A DNA stretch of 35,580 nucleotides from an uncultured virus (IMG/VR IMGVR_UViG_3300005239_000190) (IMGVR_UViG_3300005239_000190), one strand, 5' to 3'. Shown: positions 9,528 through 21,137, numbered from the stretch's first letter. Made by a program: numbers and translations. Notes: a model not told the origin generated them from the sequence alone.

Positions 9528-9935
9528 TTATATGTTTTTTATTAATTCATGAGATGGGTCTTTATCAACTGTCCACCCTAGTTTCTCATGCGTTTTTATT
9601 AAATGCCTATTTCTGCCGATAGAAAACATGTGCACTTTACCTAATGCCTTACAAGCGTTTTCCGCTGTTGTTATTAACAACTCTAATGCTTGTTTTCTAT
9701 CTTTTTCTCTATATTCTGGATTTGAAACAATCCACTCTAACAGAGCCGCGTCTGAATTTGTTAAATAAATAAATCCAGCGCATATATTTTTATCGCCTTT
9801 TGTAACCATAAATCCACCTTTGCCTTGGTCAGGCAAAAAGCTTTTAGGAGGGTTAACCCATTTTGGCCATTTTTCCCACCATGAGCAAAGTATTTCCCAA
9901 TCGTCGTCTGTTAATAAACGTGCTTTTAATTCCAT
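9528..9935 (-). CDS. GNAT-fold protein (positional analogue of T7 gp13 / P22 gp14)
   Basis: Pattern GFMV...ICAGFIY...LEWIVSNPEYR...ALELLI...HEKLGW resembles GNAT motifs A and B. It lies between the tail nozzle and ejection genes. Confidence 0.6.
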   Translation of the reverse strand: MELKARLLTDDDWEILCSWWEKWPKWVNPPKSFLPDQGKGGFMVTKGDKNICAGFIYLTNSDAALLEWIVSNPEYREKDRKQALELLITTAENACKALGKVHMFSIGRNRHLIKTHEKLGWTVDKDPSHELIKNI

Positions 9936-9945
9936 ATAATTTAAT

Positions 9946-12900
9946 TTAGTAAGATGATTCTACATATTCTGTAGAAACTGCAAATAGTTCTTTAAATAGA
10001 TTTGGATTTTCTTCAATTGTCATTTTGGCGGTTGCAAAAAATCCTTTAATACCAGTCATTGATCTTCCAAACACAATTTCACCATTATTTTGAGGGGTTG
10101 AATTTTTTATGTTAGCAAAATATTTATCTTCTTTTCTTGTAAAACTATTGCTAAATAAACTATTTTCTAAACTAGCTTGATTTGTATTAGGTGTATAATA
10201 GCTTATATATGCACCATTATCTTCATTTGTTGTTATTTCTGATACAACCCAACCCGTAGACCCTTCGTAATTTATAGTTTTAAAGTTTTTAACAGCGGAC
10301 ACATTGGGGTTAAATATAAAAGTAACAGAAGCAGGCACTTCAAAATCATAAAATGTTCCACGTGTGTTATTGTTATCGTAATGCTCGTATATTTTGCCTT
10401 GTTTAAATGAATAAAACTTATTTTTTAAGCTACCCAAATAGTCGGGGCCATATGTGTAAAAACTCGTCCAGCCTTTAACACTTTCGTCGAATGACAATGT
10501 TTCGTATATACTCGCATTATAAGCTAACTCCCCAGATAAATTTGTATATTGGCCACTTTTTAATATAGAAATTTCGTATTTTTTTGTATGTAAATCATAT
10601 CCGCCAACAACTTTAAGGTTTGAATTTTGAATAGATAATTGATCTCTAAAAAAGTCGCTCATACCATAGCGTGATATTTCTTCAATACCATCCATAGATA
10701 ACCTAAGTATGGCATTTCGCCTTCTGTCTGAAAAGTACTTTCTATAGCCATAGACTGCAAAACTTTCTGGATCTTTAGATATTCCATAAGCACCGCCGTA
10801 TTGTTGTACTTGACCTATAACTAAATCAGTTGAAGTTGTAACAGGGTTTCCTTCCGCCGTGTATATTGCGTCTTTGTCAATTAAAGCTCTGCTAACTTTG
10901 TCTTCTTGAAATATAATTAAATTAGAGTCTTCGGCAAAAAGCTTTTGTATTGAACCATAAACAGGGTCAACCGCTTTTGTAATATCTTCCGCTGCAGAAA
11001 ACTGGTTTGTGTTATTAATGCCTGTTTTTGAATTGTAAATACCAGAATAAATCATAGCATTAATTCTATTTTCAGCGTTTTTAACCTCGTCTATAGCGTA
11101 TGCCTTAACGCCAAAGTCTACTGATGTATTATTGTAGCCCCCGCGTATCCTTGCTTCTTCTATAAACCAATCTGAGTTGGGTTCAGCTACAACAGGATAA
11201 GCTTGCGGTATTGAAGAAAAATCTTCTATAGGCCCAAACACTATTTTTACATTAGCTCCGGTTATAGCTGGATTTGGCGCTTCGTTTAAAACAAAAGTAT
11301 CATNNNNNNNNNNNNNNNNNNNNGGCGGAAGCGCCATTTACTTCGCTAATTCTTAATGGAAAATATTGTAACCCTACTGTGGGCTGGAAAACCGTTAAAA
11401 GAGCTGAGTCGTCAAATAAAATTTCTGCATAATCAGGAAGCTTTGCACTTGAATAAACAAACGGTGTAGTATCATTGGGTTTACATATAGCCGCAGAACT
11501 TCCGGATGTGTCTATTGAAAATTTGCTTGGATTAGTAGTATCGTGCAAGTCAATAACGCTAATGGCATGATCATAAGTATAAACCAAATAGCCTGAATTC
11601 CCGGAAGTATCTAAAAAAGAAGTGTGTTCAACAACAAAACAATATTCTCCGCCGTCCCCGTATGCAGCGTAAACATTTGCATAAACATCATTTAAAACCG
11701 AGAGGCTAGCGTTATAACTGCTTCTTAAAACATATGTTAATTCGCTTTGGTAATTGTTTAAATCATTTATAAGATTCCACCCGCTGGAACCAGAAGCTCT
11801 GTAATATATTCTAAATTTAATAGTCTGCTCTGAGGACGAATTGTAGTCAGTACCATCGCATGGGGACGTTGGTTGGACCTCAAAAGTACCTTGAAAATTT
11901 ACCAGCATTTGGCCTTGGTCTAAGGCATCCCCCATTCTAAATGGTGGAGTTGGAGTAGTGCCGTCATCGCCGTAGTTATTAGCTTGTTCTGGTAGCTGAT
12001 TATTAGGTATAGTGTTATCAGCCAAATAATAAATAAATGTACCTGTTGAGCTACCGTCTGTAGGCAACCCTGGGCACTCCCCGCCTGGAGTGTAAAAACT
12101 ACCATTGCCCCCTTGGCTGCCTCCGTTATTTATAGGAGGATAGCCTTTTACAATACAAGGGGATTTAGTTACGCTAAGAGCCTCAGTCCCCTCTGATGCG
12201 TCGGTTAATTTTAAGTCTAAACAATATGTGCCTACACCCGCGTTTACGCCTGCGCTAGTTAATGTTAATACGCCTGTATTAGAGTTAATAGCGAAATAGC
12301 CATCACTGTTACCCGCTGTTATTTCCCAAACTAATCCAGTATTGTTTGGTATTGTTGTAGGGCCGTCGTTTGAGCTATAATCCCCGTTATTTCTTGCGTT
12401 ATTATTCCAATCGCCAAAATCATGAATAGTTTGCCCTGCTGTGTATGTGTCATTTATATAATAATAGGGACTAGATGGAACAGGAAATGTATAAGAGGGC
12501 ACTACATTAGTTAATTTTTCAGTAAAAGATAATGTTGCTTGTTCCCAAATTGAATTAGGCGTAAGATCCACGATGTTCAGCTCAAACGTAAACTCATCTT
12601 TTTCATCGCTGTCAACTATAAATGTATAAGGGTTAACTAAAGATATTTTGTACTCTCCCCCAGAATTTTGCGAAATACTAAAATCGCTGGTAACATCTCC
12701 TCTACCCGAGGTAACCGTAAATCCATTTACTGAATTTAATTCTGTTGCTTGAAGCGCGTTTCCTTGAACATTAATCGGAGCGAAGTCTGTTGTAAGGTCT
12801 TCTCCTATTTCTTTACTTTCTGGAAAATCCCATAGAATAGGCTGAAAGCCTACTGGACCTTCAAAGCCAACGAAAACGTCGGCATTTAAATCTGACACCA

Positions 12901-15484
12901 AGCCCGCGGACGCGGTTTCCCAAAATATATCAATAGCTGAAACAAAAGGGTCTGTTTCATATACAGCTAATTGAAACCTTGTTTCTTGAGTAGCAAACAC
13001 TCCTGCGTCTAAGCCAAATTGTTTTTCAGTGGATATTCTGGTTACAATAGGATCTGTTTCTGCTTGAAACATAAAGTTTTCAACTAAAAGCGTTGTGGCA
13101 CCTAGCACCGTTTCTAGTTGCCCTATGTTAGTTGATGTATCAGACTTTTTGCCTGTGTAAAATTGCTCATTACCAAAGACGTATGTTGTAGGGTCTTCCG
13201 AGCTTGTATCTACGGTTGGATTAACTCTACCAAATAATTTAACGCTACTTCTATATTGCCTTTGATCAGGGCCAACTTCAGACAAGTCTCTTGGTATTTT
13301 ATTAATATTATCGTTTATAAGCGACAAATAAGTAGTGTCAATATTTGTGTCTGTACTGCTTGGGTATATTACACCGCCGGCAACAGCGCCGGGCAAGTAA
13401 ACATTATAATATTCTTGTTCAACTTGTTTTACAACAATTTTATAAGAATACCACCCTAGTGGGTTTATAGTAAAACTAAATTTAGTGTCTGCAGATGCTT
13501 GTGGTAAAAGCGGATCTTTTAAATATGAACTGTCTGCTTGCCCGTTGGTTGTTATAATGTATGGGTCCGCAACAGTCCCGCTCCCAGTTATACTAGTAAT
13601 TTCAACATAATCTATATACTCCCCTTTTAGGTATTCGCCTTCTGAAGGTACTCCTGTTAGCCCAGCTGGATCAACAACAAATGTGTATATATTGCCGTTT
13701 ATTGTTGGAATTTGACCAAACAACAAATCAAAACCACCGCCCACAATATCGGCGTAAAGGCCGGGAGCACCCGTAACTGAACTTCTAGTTGATTGTATAG
13801 GAGAGTCAACAGCTACAAATAACGCATTGCCACGCCAATCAGCTTTTGATGAGTCTATATATTTATTATCAGGAACGCCAGACCCCGCTGGTTCATCCTC
13901 TATGTATTCCGCATATATAGTAGACCCTGAAAATAAAAAACCTCCCGTATCAACAACACTTTGTGTTGGAGACGACAATATCACGTCAGACTGCCTTCCG
14001 AATTTATCTGATAATACAAAGCCTACCTGATAATTTCTATTTTGTTTTAATGTGTGATTTGGATGCTCTATGAAGTTAGTAGATCCTGATGTGCCCCCTT
14101 TCTGCTGAACAGAAACGTTGTACCCAATATTATTAGGGGGTGTGTGCTTTGTTTGAAAATTGCCATATATTACCCTGTTTCCCGCTACTGATTGAGCAAA
14201 AGCTTTAACAGGTACTTTGTCATATACTCTTGTGGTCTGATCTTGAGTAATAGTTGTTTTTGGTTTTCTTGACTGATAAGAATAAACATAATAAGCGTAT
14301 GAGCTGTCTATTGGTGTTTGTATAGTGTCTAATACTCTGACAGCAAGCTTATCCGATTCTTTATAAAGAATTTCAATTTCTTTTATTTTGTAAGAATTTT
14401 CAATGTTATTAGCCGCGTCCGGTAGCGGTATAATAAGCTCTATATCATTTATTCCATTTTCAAAAAAATCTAGCACAGAACTGCTAAGCGTTTTATTTTG
14501 ATCGCCATTTATAAAATAACCTTTTTGTTTTGGTATAAAAGCTATCTGTGTAAATGGAGAAAATATAGAATACTCATTATCGTCGAACTTAAACCTATAA
14601 GCAAATCTTACAAATTTATCTTCTAAATAATTAGGATCACCTGGCCAGGTAGTAATATTGGACTTGTCGGTCATTGTAGATCCTAAAAAATAAGCTGTAT
14701 CACCTACGGAAATAATTGAAGTAACATCTTCAGAAAGAGTTATTACTGTGGAGGTTGGCGAAGTGTTGTCTACGCTTTGTACTAATAAATAAGAATTAGC
14801 ATTGGCCCCTACCGCTGGGTTAGCAGCTGAAATAGTTAATACCGTCATTCCAGCAGTAATGTTTAAGTTGCTGTTAACAGTTATTGTATTTGTACTTACG
14901 GCTGTAACTTTTTCTACTTCTTCTCTGTATAGCTCAATAGGTAAATATGGATTATACCTTGCTACAGATATATGATTTTCTTTTGTATAATATGTAGAAT
15001 TATTTCTTGCTGTTTCTACATTTATTTTTCTTGGCTGATTTCTATTGTCTGTCCAAAATAATAAATCTTCTATAAGATTAACGCCTATAATATTATTTCT
15101 TGTTGAAAAATTTAAAAAACTACCTTCAACTAGAGAAGTGTATTGCGTACCGTTACTAACCTCTAAAACTCTAATACAGCAATACGCATCACTTGGAGCG
15201 TCACCTAATTCAGTCCAGTTAGTTAAAAAAGTGTATATTCTATCATTGGTTTCGTCCATAAGAAAGCCAATAATATAAGCGGGGCCATACGGAGGAAAAG
15301 TGCCTAAGTCGGTAGCAGCTATTAACTTATTACCTTTTATATTTTCAAGCGTGCCAACACTGTCTTCTTCAGATTTACCAACAAGTATGTTCTGAGCAGT
15401 TCTATATTCACCATTAGGCAATAACCTGTCGTCCAGGTCTTGATTCATTTTTGCCTTTAGAAAACTATTTTTAGCCTCAGCCAT
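9946..15484 (-). CDS. Tail nozzle/stabilization protein (crAss muzzle / P22 gp10-like), >1800 aa, split by a 20-N gap
   Basis: N-terminus MAEAKNSFLKAKMNQDLDDRLLPNGEYRTAQNI. The C-terminal propeller-like part has GAYGISKDPESFA...YFSDRRRNAILRLSMDGIEEIS...VGGYD...TLSFDESVKGWTSFYTY...KEDKYFA. ORFs 11324-15484 and 9946-11303 abut the gap 11304-11323 with no real stop or start beside it. Confidence 0.75.
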
Positions 15485-16638
15485 TAGTGTTTAATTATTT
15501 TAGATTTATTTCTTAATACTTGTGTAATTTCTTCAATCTTAATATTTGAAAGTCTAATTTTAGCATTTCTTAACTTTGCCGATTTTTCTCTTCTAACGCG
15601 ATTAATTATATACTCTGGTATGTTTACCCTTCCAGATAAAACGGAGTAGAGTATGAGCGAATAAAAGGCATCCTCGGCCATCTTAGGAACAAGCATGTCA
15701 GTGTCATAAGCTAACCCGTCTGAAATATATTTAAATATAATAACTTTATTAACTAAATCACTTGAAAATGAAAACTTACCTTCCCTTTCATTTATAGTAA
15801 AGAATCCGTTAACCTGCGTGGTTTCAGGATTTGCTCCGTATCTTTGGCCTTTACCAATTCTACTGTAGGTAAAGTTATCGATACCCGCATCTTCAAAGAC
15901 TTCGTTATATGCACCGGTAATTTTTTTCATATCAGCAGCCCCCCACTTTTCTTCAACTATTGAGGTGCCTGTTATGTTATTATCAAAGTTATCTTGCGTT
16001 GGTATGCCCTTGCCATCTTGTATTGGCATTTCCATAGGGTTAGAGGTTAGCCTAGTAGGGTATATAACGTGCTCAATACCCATGCCATCCGTCCAGGCTG
16101 CTTTAACATAGTTAACATAGTCTTGAGGCAATGGAAGACTTAAGTTATTTGGTATTGTTAATTCTTGGGACTTTACGGACTTTAAAGTATCATAACTAAA
16201 CTCCTGCATTGCTCTTTTAGCAAAGAATATTAAATCTGTACGCTTCATTGAAGGTATTAACTTTCCTTCACCAACATAAATCATAAGAAAATTATTTATA
16301 ATATCATCAATTGATATATAAGAATAACCACCATAATTAAGATCCTTGAGTCTCACTCTATAATAACCAATTGCAAACGCGCCAGTTGCAAGTGTTATTT
16401 TATTATTTGATATACTATACTGTGTTGCAACAGGGGTATATGGGCTTACGCCTGTTAAGCTATATTCAAATATGAAGTTGTTTTGCATGTAACCTGCACT
16501 GTTTGGGTCCCATGAATTAGAATCATATAATTTTAACTGCTCGTCAAAAGTAAATTGAAACTCAGTTTCGGTGCCTGCTGATTGAAAACTTTGTGCACCA
16601 GCGTAATATTGTCTATTAGTTTCGTTTATTAATCCCAT
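15484..16638 (-). CDS. Tail ring / head-tail connector protein
   Basis: 384 aa with FFAKRAMQEFSYD...LPLPQDYVNYVK...YISDGL...VPKMAEDA, the helix / LPxDY / helix layout of podoviral adaptor proteins. TAATG-coupled to the nozzle gene. Confidence 0.65.
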   Translation of the reverse strand: MGLINETNRQYYAGAQSFQSAGTETEFQFTFDEQLKLYDSNSWDPNSAGYMQNNFIFEYSLTGVSPYTPVATQYSISNNKITLATGAFAIGYYRVRLKDLNYGGYSYISIDDIINNFLMIYVGEGKLIPSMKRTDLIFFAKRAMQEFSYDTLKSVKSQELTIPNNLSLPLPQDYVNYVKAAWTDGMGIEHVIYPTRLTSNPMEMPIQDGKGIPTQDNFDNNITGTSIVEEKWGAADMKKITGAYNEVFEDAGIDNFTYSRIGKGQRYGANPETTQVNGFFTINEREGKFSFSSDLVNKVIIFKYISDGLAYDTDMLVPKMAEDAFYSLILYSVLSGRVNIPEYIINRVRREKSAKLRNAKIRLSNIKIEEITQVLRNKSKIIKH

Positions 16639-16641
16639 TTA

Positions 16642-17562
16642 TTAGCTTTTTTCATTTACCTTTTCTTGCTGAACTTTTCCTGCAGCCATTTGAACTATCT
16701 GAGGGTCTCTTATGACTACTCCAGCATATAAAAGAATTTTAATTATTAAACTAGTTTGCTCTGATTGGTGCAGTTGAAAGTCAACCGAACTTGATGCGTC
16801 ATAGTTGTAACCACTTCCGCTTGAAGTAAAGCCCCAGTTTATATTTCTAGGTTTTTTTATGTATGAAGCCTTTATGCCACTTGTAATAGTTGTAGGATAA
16901 ACATATAACTTATTGTTTTCAAATATGTATATAGGGTATTTAGATGTGGGTTTTGTTAATGGTGACATATTTATATTAAGAAAATCATTTCTATCAATCC
17001 TTTCAACTTCTTTTTCGTCATTATATATTACAGTCCCAATTTTATAAAAATCATTTTCATACAAATTAACTTGCAATGCTAAACCATCTACCGGTATTGC
17101 AACTAACTGTATAAATCCACCGCCCGGCGAAATAACATAATCAGTAGTCTCGTTTATTCTAACACCATCTAAAAACACCTCAAGGGTGCCTGCCAGAATG
17201 TCAGCGGCTTGTAAGTTTGAAAAATAATAGGATTGCGTTCCCGCTACTGTCGTAAACGACTCTTGCCCAATTATTGAAGAAGGTGTTGGCAAGTTAAAAT
17301 AATTTGAAACGTACGTTGCAATAGCCGGTACGTTTTTAAATGGAGCGAGCTTTTCTTCAAGATTCTTAACTCTATTTGCGTATTCGCTGTCATTTTCAGG
17401 GACCCGCAATTGTTGGTTTAAATCTTCAAAATATTCATTGAATATCTCAAGTTGAACTTGCGCACCTATCTTGTTAAATTCATCAGGGGTTAAGTAACCG
17501 CGCTGCTCTTTGTTCATTATTAACAAAACAGTTCTGTATACTTTATCTACGCTTACTGCCAT
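16642..17562 (-). CDS. Tail tubular/adaptor (ring) protein
   Basis: 306 aa; NKEQRGYLTPDEFN...QLEIF, ...LYVYP...SYIKKP. Follows the capsid genes as in crAss-like structural blocks. Confidence 0.65.
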   Translation of the reverse strand: MAVSVDKVYRTVLLIMNKEQRGYLTPDEFNKIGAQVQLEIFNEYFEDLNQQLRVPENDSEYANRVKNLEEKLAPFKNVPAIATYVSNYFNLPTPSSIIGQESFTTVAGTQSYYFSNLQAADILAGTLEVFLDGVRINETTDYVISPGGGFIQLVAIPVDGLALQVNLYENDFYKIGTVIYNDEKEVERIDRNDFLNINMSPLTKPTSKYPIYIFENNKLYVYPTTITSGIKASYIKKPRNINWGFTSSGSGYNYDASSSVDFQLHQSEQTSLIIKILLYAGVVIRDPQIVQMAAGKVQQEKVNEKS

Positions 17563-17580
17563 TTGTTGTTATATTTTAAT

Positions 17581-17610
17581 AAAAGGCGGCAATGTAGGTA
17601 CCGCCGCCTT
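17581..17610 (-). terminator. Rho-independent terminator
   Basis: Inverted repeat AAGGCGGC (17583-17590) / GCCGCCTT (17603-17610) followed on the minus strand by a T-rich tail, just after the stop of the 253-aa gene. Confidence 0.7.
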
Positions 17611-17624
17611 ATTATAGTTACATG

Positions 17625-18386
17625 TTATTTAAACTTTTTCTCTATTGACTTAAATACCTCTACACCTTCATCGGTTTTAAAGTACGCGGCCATAGCAGAA
17701 TACGGGTTTTCATCAAACGGTATAGTCATAAGCTTTTTACCGTTGGTTGCCCAAGTAAAGTATCTTTGATCTTGCGAAAGCTTTATAATATTTGCTTCTG
17801 TTGCTTTGATTGCAAAGTTACGTAATTGAACGTTATCATCATTTACTAATTCTAAAAACAATCTAGGATTACGTTTAGCAAATAACAATAAATCGCGTTT
17901 AAGCTCTTTTGAGCTCATTTTAGAAACAGCTGAGCCACTTTCAACACGCATAATAGCCTCTGCCATATCAATGTCTATTGATGTTGCCGCATTAAGTGCT
18001 TGGATTTCAAGCTCAATCATTTCAAGTTCATCAACAGCTTCCATTACAGTATCTAACTCCGCATATCTTTTGTTTCTATATGGGTGATACAATGATAATA
18101 GCTTTTGTAACGCTTGATATTCTTTTGGCACGTGCAAGTGCCCATTTTTAAATGATATATGACCTAATGTAGCCTCGCCGCTTTGTTCGTCGCGAAAAGG
18201 GGTTGGCATGTTAGTCGCATATCTTAATTCTCTTTGTTGCGCTTTTTCTGCGTCAAACCAAAGCAATGGTTTATTTGCTTTGTGTCTAGAGGGTATAGTA
18301 AAACTTAATGGTGTTTTATTACCCGTTAAATAATAGTGACGGTCTTTGAGTTCCCATTGATCCGCCTGTTCTTTAGCTTTTGCCAT
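17625..18386 (-). CDS. Conserved virion protein downstream of MCP (capsid-associated)
   Basis: Clean 253-aa ORF immediately after the MCP gene and flanked by terminators; function inferred from position only. Confidence 0.55.
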   Translation of the reverse strand: MAKAKEQADQWELKDRHYYLTGNKTPLSFTIPSRHKANKPLLWFDAEKAQQRELRYATNMPTPFRDEQSGEATLGHISFKNGHLHVPKEYQALQKLLSLYHPYRNKRYAELDTVMEAVDELEMIELEIQALNAATSIDIDMAEAIMRVESGSAVSKMSSKELKRDLLLFAKRNPRLFLELVNDDNVQLRNFAIKATEANIIKLSQDQRYFTWATNGKKLMTIPFDENPYSAMAAYFKTDEGVEVFKSIEKKFK

Positions 18387-18408
18387 AATATAATAAAATT
18401 AAATAGTT

Positions 18409-18453
18409 AAAAAAGTAATAGCCACCCCCGTTATTATAACGAGGGTAGTTACT
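18409..18453 (-). terminator. Rho-independent terminator after the major capsid gene
   Basis: Minus strand AGTAACTACCCTCGTTATAATAACGGGGGTGGCTATTACTTTTTT forms a long G-U-containing stem followed by T6. Confidence 0.75.
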
Positions 18454-18466
18454 ACATTATTGGTTA

Positions 18467-19909
18467 CTAAGCGTTTTTCAACAATACAAAGTTGTTAGCG
18501 CCTTGCACACATAAGCATCTTTCAGAAAGGAAGTGTACCTCCATAGCATCAAGATCAGATGTAACCGCACCACCAACAGATCCAGTTAACCAAGACTTCA
18601 TTTTACGATCGTCAGCTTGTGAAGCTCTGTATCGTACATGCAAGAAAGGTCTACGGATGTTAGTTCCGAGGATTTGGTCATATACAGTTGAAGTACCGGC
18701 TGGAATAAGAACCCCGTCAATAGAGTCAGTACCCTCAGCAGTAAGCTGCGAAGTATTACCTCTTGTTGAAGCGTCGTTCAAATATTTCCAGTCAGTTTTA
18801 TAAAAGTCGTAAGAACCTCTTCGGAAACCGCTGAACCCAAGGTTCAATGCCATTTCTTCGGAGTTTTCAAACAATCCATAAGCAGTACCACCGTTAGCAC
18901 CAGCAGAAAGATCGGCCAATGCATCGTCAAACTGTAGGTTTGTATCACGATCTAAGAAAAGCATATTTTCTTCGATAGCCCCTTGAGTATCCAAGTTTTT
19001 AAGGATAGGATCAAAATCAGCTTTGATGCCAGCAATGCCTCCAGTGTGTACGTTTCCGCGATCTTCGATAGCGTAGAAAAGACCTTCAGATCCTTTAGCG
19101 CCTTGTGAAGCTGCAGAAATACCACCAGCTGCTTGATCAGCAGGCTCGGCTTCAACTACAGACATTTCAAGATAATCTTGAAAACGTAAGCGAGTTTCAG
19201 ATTCAGCCTTCAAGTACCATAAGAAACCAGATGTACCGTCTTCAGTAGCCACTTCAACCCAACCGATTTGAGCTGTATCAGAACCAGAAACCTCATATTT
19301 ATCTTTAATGATAATAGGAGAATTGCTAAACTGAGTGAAGGTAGCGTCAACAGCACCGTCCATTCCGTTAGTTCCTTTTGCAAACTCAGAACCAAATACA
19401 AATACTTTCAATGCAGCAGCGGCTACAATAGCAGCGTTCCATGCGTTCGCATCAAAAGGATAAGCAAGTACAGTTGTACCGGTCACTGTTTTTACAATTG
19501 CTTTTTGCTCTGTCCCAGTAACTGGATCAAATATAACAATCAATTGGTTTACACGGATAGCGTGATCGTGCTGCCCGGCGCCTGCGCCAATTTTGTTCTC
19601 AGCGTCGTTAATTACAATTTCTGCGTTGCCAGCAGCTGCAATTGTACACGCGTCATAAGATACGTGCAAACGATTTTGCTCAGACCAAACAACTTGGTCA
19701 GAAGTCATAGGCATTTCAGCGCCTACCATACTAAGAAAGCCAGAAAGTGTACGATTACCATATCGTTCTACTTCTGCTTCATAAATCTCAGGCAAATATT
19801 GCTGTGAGAAGTCATTTCCTGCTCCACTAGTAAAGTCTAGATAACTACCAATAGTAGGTACAGGTTTTGCTGTTGGGACAATGTCCCCAAATAAAGGTGT
19901 AATAGCCAT
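18467..19909 (-). CDS. Major capsid protein
   Basis: 480 aa after portal and scaffold and followed by a terminator. Motifs SDQVVWSEQNRLH, FVFGSEFAKGT, NSPIIIKDKY, LNLGFSGFRRGSYDFYK and FLSERCLCVQGANNF resemble crAss-like/flavobacterial phage MCPs. Confidence 0.85.
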   Translation of the reverse strand: MAITPLFGDIVPTAKPVPTIGSYLDFTSGAGNDFSQQYLPEIYEAEVERYGNRTLSGFLSMVGAEMPMTSDQVVWSEQNRLHVSYDACTIAAAGNAEIVINDAENKIGAGAGQHDHAIRVNQLIVIFDPVTGTEQKAIVKTVTGTTVLAYPFDANAWNAAIVAAAALKVFVFGSEFAKGTNGMDGAVDATFTQFSNSPIIIKDKYEVSGSDTAQIGWVEVATEDGTSGFLWYLKAESETRLRFQDYLEMSVVEAEPADQAAGGISAASQGAKGSEGLFYAIEDRGNVHTGGIAGIKADFDPILKNLDTQGAIEENMLFLDRDTNLQFDDALADLSAGANGGTAYGLFENSEEMALNLGFSGFRRGSYDFYKTDWKYLNDASTRGNTSQLTAEGTDSIDGVLIPAGTSTVYDQILGTNIRRPFLHVRYRASQADDRKMKSWLTGSVGGAVTSDLDAMEVHFLSERCLCVQGANNFVLLKNA

Positions 19910-19922
19910 TTTTTATTTTTTT

Positions 19923-21137
19923 TTAGCTGTTAAGTTTAATTTTTTTAATTTTTAATTTTGAAGAATCATCGCCACCAATTACTTTTACTTTTAACCCATT
20001 TACAAACACGCTATCAGGTGCACTTTGTCTGATTTCAGTTGAAACATTATTTGATTTAGCTGTTATCTCGCGCACTGCATCTGTTTTTCCTTGCTCATAA
20101 AAATGTTGGGCAATAGTATCAGCATTTCTGGCCGCATATATGGCTTTATGGTATTGAGAGTAATTTTTAACTTCTCCTTTGTCATTTAGAAACTTTCCAA
20201 TGACGCTTTTTAAATCACTCTGTTTTTCCATAACGGAATTAGTGTCTTTAACGTTGTACCTAAATTTCTTTTCACCAACACTGAAATCAAAACCTTTGAA
20301 TTCATTAGCAAAATAATTATTAGTACCATTTAAGAAACCTTTTCTTATATTCTCATTATTGCGTTGCTCTTCGTTATATCTATTGAAAAAGTCCATAGCT
20401 TTTTGCTGCTCCTGAGTTACGCCCGGTCTCAACTTGATCTCGTCGTAGTATTTACTCTTTAAGCCTTCCAAATAGTTTTTGGCCTTTGCAATTTCTTCTT
20501 TATACGCTATTTTCTTTTTGCGTACATCTCTCTCGTCGTCTAATTCTTCATCGTATGAAAAATCTTCTAATAAGAGGTTAATATCTTCACGTTCTAAATA
20601 AGGTTTTGTTTTAGTGTAATATTCTTGTAACAAAACCCCATCAGATATATTACTGTAATCCGCGTTTAAGCGAACATAATCTTGTAATGTTCCGCCGGTT
20701 TCATTCATAAAGTCTACAACTTTTTGAATATTTTCTGGCAGATTAATATTTTGTTCTGTAGATTGTTGAACCGCTTCTTGTACTTGATTTTGTAAATCTT
20801 CAGTTTTTGCTTCAACTTCTTCTTCTGTAATTTCTTGAATTACCTGTACGTCTTCTTTTAATTCTTCTTCGGTGGACCGTACTTCTTCAACCACTTCTTT
20901 GCTGTCTGCTGTGTCTTCTTGCTTTTCGATAACAGCATCGCTATCATTTGTCTCCTGTGTTTGAACGGCATCTTCTTCTTTTTTTTCCGTTAAATCTACC
21001 TTTACTGCTTCTACCTTTGCAGCTTGTTCTTCTTTTTTAGCGGCAAGATCTACTTTAATAGGTTTATCTTGCTTAGCTAGGTTTTTCATTTTACGGGATT
21101 TAACTTTAAATTCCCCTTCTTGCTTTACTTCAGCCAT
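19923..21137 (-). CDS. Putative capsid scaffolding protein
   Basis: 404 aa with a very acidic low-complexity N-half and a coiled-coil C-half, located between portal and MCP. Confidence 0.65.
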   Translation of the reverse strand: MAEVKQEGEFKVKSRKMKNLAKQDKPIKVDLAAKKEEQAAKVEAVKVDLTEKKEEDAVQTQETNDSDAVIEKQEDTADSKEVVEEVRSTEEELKEDVQVIQEITEEEVEAKTEDLQNQVQEAVQQSTEQNINLPENIQKVVDFMNETGGTLQDYVRLNADYSNISDGVLLQEYYTKTKPYLEREDINLLLEDFSYDEELDDERDVRKKKIAYKEEIAKAKNYLEGLKSKYYDEIKLRPGVTQEQQKAMDFFNRYNEEQRNNENIRKGFLNGTNNYFANEFKGFDFSVGEKKFRYNVKDTNSVMEKQSDLKSVIGKFLNDKGEVKNYSQYHKAIYAARNADTIAQHFYEQGKTDAVREITAKSNNVSTEIRQSAPDSVFVNGLKVKVIGGDDSSKLKIKKIKLNS

